A DNA stretch of 64,000 nucleotides from Ranitomeya imitator (taxonomy: Eukaryota), in NCBI RefSeq assembly GCF_032444005.1, contig NC_091283.1, positions 275,528,001 to 275,592,000 of the forward strand. The letters are read 5' to 3'. A program made the translations under genes and the position numbers. Position 1 is the stretch's first letter, and the number at the start of each line of letters is the position of its first letter. Below are positions 1 through 10,400 of this stretch, one piece after another. The notes beneath the pieces were generated by a model that did not search any database, was not told the DNA's origin, and was given only the letters and a program-made list of their open reading frames with translations.

Positions 1-309
1 CAGTACTCACTAGAGGTCTTCTTCACTACTGTGTAATCCTGGTTATGGAGAGACAAATTGATAAATCTCACTACAGACATTTCCAGAGTCTCCAGTTCTG
101 TCCATCTGTTATTCCCATAGATAAGAATGATGTAATGTGACGTCATCAGAATCTCTCACCTCCCCAGTAAGACGGAAGAGGATCTCTAGGGTGAGGTGTA
201 ATATTCTCTCCACCATCTTGTCTCTGTCCATATCCATCCTTGATGGGTAATTCAGAAAAATTCTCTTATATAGAAGATATTCACTGAGATGATCTGATGT
301 TGTAGAGAC
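1..309 (-). CDS. Gene C: 5' coding exons of a FAX/KRAB zinc-finger gene (exon 309-160, next exon from 38 to window edge); gene continues off the left end
   Basis: Minus-strand translation ...[26 protein letters not shown], then GTGAG donor at 159, AG acceptor at 40-39 and [11 protein letters not shown]; these exons parallel those of genes A and B. Confidence 0.85.
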
Positions 310-706
310 CTGAAAGAGAAGATGTAACATCATAAATAATGACTGAAGCGGCGATTCCCATATAAAGCCGTAATCTGTGGATCTGATCCTGTAGGACGCC
401 GAAAGGAGACACTAGTGAGCAGTGTATTTTTATGGCGGCCATTAATGATCTCCACTCTGAGGACTGGAGAAGCTTTGGCCTGAATGCTGCGCTCGTGGTG
501 TGAACACAGACATATTACACAATTATTTAGGAATGGCGACTTGTGGACCAAACTCAATTTTTTTTTCAAGTGAACACGTCCATGGACCACATTAGTGTAT
601 TAAAGGGGCTGTCCAGGACTATAGTCACCTAGAGAATAATGGAGCCTCCAGCACAGACCTCCACCCGCAGAGCCGCACGCCACATATTTGGCTGTTCTGT
701 ACTCAC

Positions 707-870
707 AGGACCTGTGATGAGGTCAGAGGATAGGAGGAGTCAGGGGTCACATGATCAGGGGCCTCAGGATATGCAGGACTCTGCGGTGCTGGTTGTCATG
801 GTGCTGGATGAGGGGGAATTTATGTGTGGGGTCAGGAGAGGTTTACAGTGCAGATGTAGCAGAGCTGCGT
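707..870 (-). promoter_or_regulatory. Putative promoter/non-coding first exon of gene C
   Basis: Homologous to 25601-25790 upstream of gene A; ends in CAGGTCCT|GTGAGT donor at 706; promoter role is inferred from position only. Confidence 0.55.
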
Positions 871-1414
871 GTGATGTATAACCAAATCTGATTTACTGCA
901 AAAACATTTCCCACATTCTGAACCAGAGTATTGCTTCTCCCCTGTGTGAGTTTTTCGTGCTCAACAAGATTTGATCTCCAATTAAAACATTTCCCACATT
1001 CTAAACGTGAAAAAGGCTTCTCCCATGTGTGGGTTCTCTGGTGACTAGCAAGATGCGATTTCCGAATAAAACATTTCCCACATTCTGAACATGAGTAAGG
1101 CTTCTCCCCTGGGTGAATTCTCTGATTTATAACAAGATCTGATTTATAATTAAAACATTTTAAACATTCTGAACATGATAACGATCTCTCTCCTGATTGA
1201 GCTCTCCGCTCCTTAACAGTTTTACTTTGCTTAACATTTTGTAATATATCGGAAAATAGGACCTGTTGACTATGAAATACATCATTGTTGTGAAGGGCTG
1301 ACGTTATATCTGAAGCAATGACATGCTCTTCATATGTATCTGGTGTTATATCATGATCTTCTGCTTTCAAATCTGAGGATACCATATGTCTTTCTGAGTT
1401 CCTGGTAAAAACGT
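843..1414 (-). pseudogene. Zinc-finger exon of gene A: one intact finger, two degenerate fingers, frameshift and truncation
   Basis: Finger 1 has H>N (VINQRIH), finger 2 is intact, finger 3 has C>R (SRLEC); 1-bp deletion near 955 relative to gene B; finger 4 is cut at ~872. Confidence 0.8.
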
Positions 1415-4400
1415 CTGCCAAGAATAAAACAATTTTATTTGTAAGAAAGTAACTATCTTTATATTGTTAATGTTATATTCATTAGCATTTCTATATGAAA
1501 TAGCAAAATTCAGTCATTAATAAACTAAAATTGTGATGGCAAAACAGATCTCAATCTATTGATATAGCAAGATAATGATATGAGGACACCACACCATTTT
1601 CTGATTTCGGTGTTGACGATTAAATGCACTTTAGCACAGGAGTAGGGCAGCGCAACGGAGCAGCATGACAATGAACGAAGAAGCCCTGCCGTTAAACCAG
1701 ATGCAAGACTGAATTTATTGATCAATTTGCAATCACAATGTAAAATTCTGTCATGCAGTCGAGGTGATGTAGGAATTTCCTTACACAGGCAGCATCTGCC
1801 TTTAACAGCAGTGGCTGAGAGGCATTTAAATAGTTAAGTACACATCGCTTTCCCCCATGAGTTAGTATTGCAGCTGGGGGTCTGCTGAATTCCTCTGTGA
1901 CTGCCATGTTGGTGCCCAGCGGCTTCTTCCTGCCCGCAGCCCTGTTTTTTTCTCTACCTATGTGTTCTATTATTTGTCTATGGGGAGTTATTTTTGCATA
2001 ACGAGTTGTTTTCTTATCATCATCATCATCAATAACCAAAAGCTACAATTCAGACATAGTTTCTCATTTTCTTTTTTTTAAGGCCGTTGTGGAGAAACGG
2101 GGTCAGTGGGTGCTCTCGTCCGCTGGCCCGGCTGTCTTTAGCAAGACTGCATGGACCACGGCTCATACCACTGAACGCCCGCTCTATCTCCCAGTGGGCA
2201 ATACACTACACAGACAACACAGGGTTAAGGTAAAACAAGGTGGCAATACTTTATTGAACCACAACACACAACAGCAAACAGAACAATCCCACCATGGCTG
2301 GGATTGCTTGGTTACATGGGCGCATATAAAAGATCACTGCGTCTCCACGTATTTCCAGTATGACATGATGTCAGAGCTCCCGGGGTTGCTACTTCATCTG
2401 TGGATCCACGCACAGACAAGAGGTAACGACAAGCATAGGGAGATGACCAAGAACTGTCCATAGAGTCCATACAAGGCCCAAAGCCACATGGGGGTGGCAG
2501 ACAGCGGGATATGATACACCCACAGGAGGAAAGGAATGAATGGAAAACTACCACCAGAAGTTAAAGAGGACTACATTAAAAGATCTGGTGGAAGCCCGAG
2601 GGTTGATCGCCAGCAACAAAACAAAAGCGGATTTAATAGCAACCATCATGGAACACGACAGTGCAGCGCCCCCCAATGTGAACGTGGAGGAGACGGAATT
2701 CCAGAGGGAGGTAAAGAACAGACTGGCGTTCTATGGCCCAAACCCTGCAGTAGAGATCATACGAGAGGTGATGGCTGATGTGCGTACTGATCTGAAGAAA
2801 AAGATGGCCGAGCGGATCAGGATAAAGCTAGCCGAGATGGGAGAGTAGACCAAAGTGGAGCTGGCCAAGATGGAGATGGCAGAGATGGAAGTAACAAAGA
2901 AGAAATGAGGAATCCAGCTCAATGAGGTAGTGAAAAAAACTTCTTTCTTTATTCACTTGAAAATATATTCAGTGGAGGATAAAAACATCAGCAATTACAA
3001 AGGATAAAAAGCGATATCAACGTGTTTCTGGTGACCAAGCACCCTTAATCATGATATCTGGTGTGTGGCTTGTCTTGCATTTTTATATTAAGATCCGGTG
3101 AGCACACCAGTACACTGATTTAATTAACATAATTGCTAAACAAAGTGAAAACACAAGAAAGTAAATATACATACGATTAAATGCACTTTGGCTTTGGCTG
3201 GATGAAAAGACAATATATAATGGTTTCACAATATAGAATACATCGCAGCAAAATATCGTAGTTACTCACCGATAACGGTATTTCTCTGATCCCATGACGG
3301 CACCACGGAGAGAGGGATCCGCCCTCAGGGACAGGAAACCCACAGGTTAAAAAGGCGGGACCTCTCCTCCACCTCAGTTTGTTTTATAGATCCTTGACAG
3401 GACTTCATCTGTAACTTAAGTAGTTATTTACACACACAGAAAGTCTTTCAAGTCATCGTTTATCATCATTATATTGTTATTAAAATTTTTTTTTTTTTCT
3501 TTTCCCCACCGCGTGGCTAAGCATTAATGGCTAACTAGAAGTGTGCACACCCATATGTGAAGGGAGGGAATATACGGGTGCCGTCATGGGATCAGAGAAA
3601 TACCGTTATCGGTGAGTAACTACGATATTCTCTTACTCCCATGACGGCACCACGGAGAGAATTTCATAGGATGTGAGTTTTAGGGTGGGATTACTGCCTC
3701 CAGAACCCTTCCCCCGAAGGTTAAGTCTGAAGAGGAAGATAGGTCAAGCTGGTAGTGCTTAAAGAAAGTAGAGGAAGAGGACCAAGTGGCTGCTCTACAT
3801 ATCTGGTCAAGTGATGCTCCAGCTCGCTCTGCCCAAGAGGTCGCCACCAATCTTGTTGAATGAGCCTTAATTCCTTCTGGAGTGGCTTCCTTGGATGAGG
3901 CGTATGACAGGGCAATGGCGTCCCATATCCATCTTGCCAACGTGGCTGTTGATGCTTTGTGTCCTTTGTTTGGCCCCTGAAAATAGACAAACAGAGACCT
4001 CCCTTTCCTACACTCCCTCATGGCTGATATATATATTGGGTGAGACATCTCTTCACATCCAGTGTGTGCAAGGTTTTTCCCCTTTTTATTTTTTGGGGTT
4101 TGGACAAAACCATGGTAAGGATATCTCCTGGGATCTATGGAAGCGTGATGCCACTTTAGGAAGGGAGGATGGATCAGTTTTAAAGACTACACGGTCCTTT
4201 TATATCTGGTTTAGAGGCAGATAAGCTGATAGAGCCTGTAAGTCACTGATCCTGCAAGCCGAGGTTAGTGCTACCAGAAGGAAGGTTTTCAGGGAAACTA
4301 TTTTTAAGGAAGCCTGATAAGGGTTCAAAAGGCGCTTTGGTTAGTGCAGAAGGTACTACGTTCAGATCCCAGGAAGCGTAGTACCACTGGCCTAGATCTA

Positions 4401-7400
4401 GTTAAAGCTTTATCGAACCTTTTAATCTAGTGTTCCCTTCCCAGTCACAGTTATAAAGGGCGCCCAATGCTGCGACTTGAACTTTTAGAGTTCTCATTGC
4501 CAAGCCTTTCTCTAATCCTTTTTGGAGGAATTCTAGTATTTCCTGAACTGGGGTCTCTCCCGATAAGCTGATACCTGAATTAGAGAGGAATCTTTTCCAG
4601 ACTTTGCCATACGCACTGTTAGTTACTCGGTTCCTACTGGTTAACAGAGTTCAGACTAAATTTGGAGAAAACCCTTCCTGGTCAAAAGTTCCCTCTCAAA
4701 TTCCAGGCTGCCATATGCAAGTTTTTTTTTTTTTTTTTTTTTACTTGTGGATGGTTTATTGGCCCCTGGCGCAGAAGATTCAGGGAGGACCCAAGGGTCT
4801 GTTACCGACATTAGGCGTAGCCTTGGGAACCGCGTTCTTTTTGGCCAAAAAAGGGGCTATCATGATCATCTTTGCTCTGTCGTCCTGGAATTTCCCCAGG
4901 ACTAATGGAATCAATGCTATCGGGGGAAAGGCGTATGTTATTTGGAAATTACAGGGAATTAGAAAGGCGTCTACGGTCTCTGGATTCCCCCGTGGATTTA
5001 TTGGACAGAATTTCTCTGTTTTCTGGTGTTGACTGCTCTCGAATAGATCTATATCCGGGGTCCCCCAACGGTCCACTATGTGATTGAATATTTGCTGGTT
5101 TCATTCCCTGTTTTAGCTGTGTTCTGCTAAGAAATCTGCTGTCTGATTTTCTGACCCTTTGATAAGTAGGGCTGTTAGGGGGGATAGGTTGGATTCTGCT
5201 TGAAAAAGAATGGATTTCGTTACTTCCATCAGGGATTGGGACCTCGTACCCCCCTGGTGATTCAAATACGCCACTACCGTCCTGTTGTCTGTCAGTACCC
5301 TTACGTGATGGGAACGGAGGGGAACTGAGAAATGGTCTAGCGCGTATTTACTGCCAAAAAACTCTTTCATGTTTGAAGTGAAGAGCTTTCCCCCTCTGAC
5401 CATGGCCCCTGGGCAATTTGATCTTTTAAGTGAGCTCCCCAACCCCATGGAATTGCATCCGTGGTGAGGGTTACTGAGACCGGCCATATCCATGGAACCC
5501 CCCTGGCGAGATTGGTCGAGTCTATCCACCAGGCTAGGGAAGTCATTGTCTGCGAGGAGTTTTCCAAGCGCTTTCCTAAATCTCCCTCTAGGTGGGATTT
5601 CCCACTGGAGATCTCTGGAATGATACTGAGCCCCCTGGATCGTCGGGATGCAGGCTGTCATCGATCCTAATATAGACATTACTTTCCTTAAAGAAAAGAC
5701 TGGAGAATGTTATAAGTGCTCCACCAATTGTGTAATGTTGGAAATTTTTAACTCTGTTAGACGACCTTTTTTTTTTTTTTTTTTTTAGTCTATTATTGTC
5801 CCCCAGTACTGCTGTACTTGTGTTGGGATAATTTTGGATATCTCTAGGTTCAAAACCCAACCCAGATTTGATAGGGCTGTCGTCACTTTGTCCGACTGCT
5901 AACTGCAATGGAGAGAGGATCTGCCCATCACTGGGAGGTCGTCCAGATAAGGAGCAATTAACCCCTCTTGTTCCCTTATGTGAGTCATCACTTCTGCCAT
6001 TAATTTTTTAAACACCCTCGGGGCTATGGCAAGACCAAAGGGGAGAGCTTTGAACTGATAATGCCTCAATTCCCCTTGCATCACTACCGCCACTCAGATA
6101 TTTTCGGTGATCCGGATGGATCGGCACATGGTAGTATGCGTCCTTTAGGTCTATTACAGTCATAAAGCAAGACGGATGAAGGGTTCTGACACATGATTTT
6201 ATTGTTTCCATCTTGAAGCTGTCTATCACAAGGTATTTGTTTAAGTTCTTCAGGTTTATTATTGTCCTGAAAATTCCATCTGGCTTTGTCCATAGAAAAA
6301 GAGGGGAGTAGAAACCTGTTGTCCCCTCCTGCTGTAGGACCTCCTGTAGGACGTTCTTCAAAAAGGAGACTGTAGACTTACTTTTGAATGGCCAGCTATT
6401 TGATCTCTGATTCCCTCTGTGGTGTTGCGACAAATTGATGATGTGGCATCGTATGGAAATTCAACTTCAGACCCGTCTTGATTATGTTTACTGATTTTTT
6501 TAATTTTTTTTTTTTATTTTTTTCCCAATTGGAGAAAGTATGTCAGTCTCCCTCCTACCTGAGGCGCACCTTCATTGGGGCCGCTTATTATCCTGTTTGT
6601 TAAACATGAAGCCTCTGCCTTTAAATCTTGTCCTCCCATCCTCAACCTTGAAAAGGGCCGTCTATGAGACTGATTGGGAAAACCTAGGAAGGTTTTTTTT
6701 TTTTTTTTTTTTTTACTTTGTCCACAGCTTTCCCAAGAATATCATCCAGGGAGGCCTGAATAAAAATTCGCCCTGACATGGTATGGAGCAAAGCTTGGCC
6801 TTAGTTTGTAGATCATCTGGCCAGCACTTCAGTCATAGCGCTCTTTTTGCTGCGTTTGAGAATGAGGCTGATCTTGCTGTCAGTCTCACTGAATTTATGG
6901 AGGAGTTCGCTATACATGCTGCGGCCCCCTCATTACTGACACCGAGACTAGTATAGATTCTCTTGAAGTCTTATCTTTTAATTGGGTCTCCAGGTGATCT
7001 AGTCATGCTCTGGCAGTACATGTAGCAGCTATCCCGGGATTTAAACCCCCGCTAGCTGCTTCCCAGGAGCCTTTTCTAAGAAGATGTCGGCCCTTTTATT
7101 CATAGGGTCTTTGAGAGTTCCTATGCTTTCAAAGGGCAATGCAAAAAAATTTTTTTTTTTTTTTTTTTAGAGGTCTTCGCAATTGCGACATCTAATTTTG
7201 GTAGAATGGGTATTTTTTCTTAGGTGTTAACAGACTTTTTTATCTGGTCTTTACCACTCCTTTTTTATTAGGGCCCGAATTTTTTATTTAACAGGAACGC
7301 CCTGCGATTCCTTTGTTCTAGTCCGTCAAACATAAGATTCCACCCTTTGAGGATGCAAAGGAGGACGTAGAGCTATCTGAATTATAGTTAACGCTAGACT

Positions 7401-10400
7401 CCTGGGATTTATGTCTGGCCTTGCGTTTCTTTTACGGTTTTTTACGCTTTTCAGCGCATCTTTCACTTGAGACTTAATTAAGTCCTTAAGATCAGAAGTG
7501 AATCTTGGGGTTTCTTCACTTATGGTGTTCTCTAAGCATGTCGCATAGAGTTTCTTTACCCAGGTAGCGGGTAAATTTGTGGAGCAAAGTGGGCACACTT
7601 TATGTTTAATTTTCGATGTGCCTTTCCACAATGAATCCCTATTTGGAATATATACATTCACGGAGGTCACTTACCCTCCTAATGTGGGGGAGATACCGGT
7701 TCTGGTGTTTGGGGAAGCCTCCATTTGAACCGTTGATTTTCTCCCGGATCCGCTGGAGCCTCTGCTGCATTGGGATCCCGAGTTGTGGCATTGCACAGGT
7801 CCGCCCTGCTGTTGCGGTCTCCGCTGCGGGTGATGGCGCTGCTGCGGGCGTTTCTCTCTGCGGGGATTGCAGTTTCCTCTGCTAGCTGTTTTTTTTTTTT
7901 TTTTTTTTTTGAAACTTGTTGATCAGCGGCTTCGCCCCTAGCGTTCTTTTTCTTCCGCTTTCATATTGTAGCATACGGCGCAAAGCGGCATCCAGATTCC
8001 CAGAGGTGCCCTGCGCCGACCCGGAAATGACCACCGCACATGCGCCGCCAGCCCCACGCGCGCGCGTGCTCCTGTCGGCTCCCAGGAGGGACGGAAGCCT
8101 TGCAGCAGCCGCCGCTGCTGTCTCCTGTTGGCGCTTCCTGCTGGTGACCGCCGCCACCTCCTCCCGGGGCCCTAAGCCGGCGGTAACATACCAGGTAGCC
8201 GCCGCTACCTATTACCAGCTGCTGCTGCTGAAGGAAAGAGGCAGACTGGTGTCCTCTTCACTGCCTCTTCCCTGCACATTCGTACAAGGCCCGCCGACCC
8301 CGGATTGTGCCTTCAGGGAGAACCTCCACCTACGACCGCGGCAGGGCCCCCCGCTGCCTGAATTCGGCCAGATGGTCCCCGGTATCCCGCGACGTCAGGT
8401 AACTGTGGGTTCCCCGTCAGGGACAGGAAACCGAACTGAGGTGGAGGAGAGGTCCCGCCTTTTTAACCTGTGGGTTTCCTGTCCCTGAGGGCGGATCCCT
8501 CTCTCCGTGGTGCCGTCATGGGAGTAAGAGAAAATATCCCATATATATGGAATTGCATTTGATGTCATACTTTTGTGAAGATGGAAAAATACACCATAAT
8601 TGTTAGTGCATGCAATGTAATACACCATGATTTTTAATGCATATAGTATAAAAGGCAAATCCAATGCCATCAATCAATTTATGAATAAAATTCTATAAAG
8701 AAATATTGCTTTTTATCCTTTGTAATTGCTGATGTTTTTATCCTCCACTGAATATATTTTCAAGTGAATAAAGAAAGAAGTTTTTTTCACTACCTCGTTG
8801 AGCTGGATTCCTCATTTCTTCTTTGATTTTCTACGCCCTGACACAGCAGTTCCGTGCTCAGAGTCTCCAAGGATGTCGATCATGGTGAGCTGGACTTTTT
8901 TCGAGATGGAAGTAACACAGAGCTACCAGCCGGACATTCTGCAAGCCACCCAACAGACAAGAGAAAGGACTGCAGCCAATTCATCATGGCACCATCACGA
9001 GGGACACTGATCTATGATTCTATAGGAAACAACCTAGGGGTTTTCAGCTCCGGTTGGAAGGACACAGATCTGATCCAGTGACCATCTCTGAACCATAGAT
9101 ATGTTTGGAGAAAGCCAGGTTTGGGACCCGTTGGTCTCCTGGGTCAATGGAGATGGTCAGATAACCAGGTGGTGACTCTCGTGTCAACTGGCTTTGGACC
9201 TTGTATGGACTCTATGGACAGTTCTTGGTTATCTCCCTATGCTTGTCGTTACCTCTTGTCTGTGTGTGTATCACAGGTGGAATAGCGGCCCTGGGAGCTC
9301 TGACATCACGTCAGACTGGAAATCCGTGGAGAAGCAGCGATCTTTTATATGCGCCCATGTAATCAAGGAATTCCAGCCAGTGTCCTTCATTCAGACTCCA
9401 GCCAAAGCAGAGTGGACCTCCGAAAACACAGGGTGGTACTGAAAGAGGTACCCCAGATTGGTAGACCCCGTTACAGCCGTTCACCGTATAAGATAAATAC
9501 TGAAAGTTTTGTATATACACAGGTTATTATGGAAATAGTGATACCAAATCCGCCATCTTTGTTTTTTTTCTTCCAAACTACCGTATATACTCGAGTATAA
9601 GCCGAGAATTTCAGCCCATTTTTTAGGCTGAAATTGCCCCTCTTGGCTTATACTCTAGTCATACCCAGGGGTCGGCAGGGGAGGGGGAGCGGCAGCTGTC
9701 TAATAATACTCACCTGCTCCTGGCGCGGTCTCTGCAGTTCCTTAGTTCTCCTTCTCCGGCAGATTCTTCAAGCTTTGAGCTGTAACATGGTACCGCTCAT
9801 TACAGTAATGAATATGGACCCGACTCCACTCCCATAAGGGTGGAGCCGCATATTCATTACGGTAATGAGCGGTAACGGTGACCGCTGGAAGAAGCTGCTG
9901 GCGCCCGGAGAAGGAGAACCAGGGACGTGCAGGGACCGCACCAGGTGCAGGCGAGTATGGGGGCATTGCGCGATATTCACCTGTCCCACCGTCGGCGCCG
10001 CTCCGTCTTCCTCTGCAGTGACGCTCAGGTCAGAGGGCGCGATGACGCGAATAGTGTACGTGCCGCCCTCTGCCTGAACGTCAGTGCAGAGGAACATAGA
10101 GCGGCGCCCAGCGATGGACTATAGCAAGTGCCGGGGGCCTGAGCGACGAGAGGGGAGGATTTTTTTTTTTTTTTTTTTAAATCGCAGCAATAGCATATGG
10201 GGCAAATGTGTCTATGGAGCATTTTATGGGGCCATAATCAGCATTTGTGCAGCATTATACGGGGGGAAATATCTGTATGGAGCATCTTATGGGGCCATAA
10301 TCAGCATTTGAGCAGCATTATATGGGCCAAATATCTGTATGGAGCATTTGTGCAGCATTATATGGGGCATATTTTAATATGGAGCATCTTATGGGGCCCA

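Larger units (their letters stand above)
3250..8530 (-). mobile_element. DIRS1-type tyrosine-recombinase retrotransposon, structurally complete but with degenerate ORFs
   Basis: Inverted terminal repeats ~3290-3378 and ~8435-8523; internal complementary region ~3579-3660 joining both termini; RT, RNase H, methyltransferase and YR fragments; AAAATATC at both junctions. Confidence 0.93.
2897..8902. mobile_element. Penelope-like non-coding insertion with inverted arms, split by the DIRS element
   Basis: 15-bp TSD GAGATGGAAGTAACA (2882-2896, 8903-8917); ~123-bp inverted arms 2895-3017 and 8703-8825; hammerhead-like motif on minus strand at 3017-3054. Confidence 0.7.
2088..9475. mobile_element. 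Non-autonomous LTR-retroelement-like unit (TG...CA, 5-bp TSD GCCGT) carrying a gag fragment; interrupted by nested insertions
   Basis: GCCGT at 2083-2087 and 9476-9480; LTR-like block with TATAAAA ending AAGCCACA at ~2488 and followed by a TGG PBS-like tract; inverted copy of that block at ~9190-9365. Confidence 0.65.

Noticed and set aside
1525-2040. Short minus-strand ORFs possibly from a DNA transposon
   Set aside because: No recognisable motif, TIR or TSD could be established by eye
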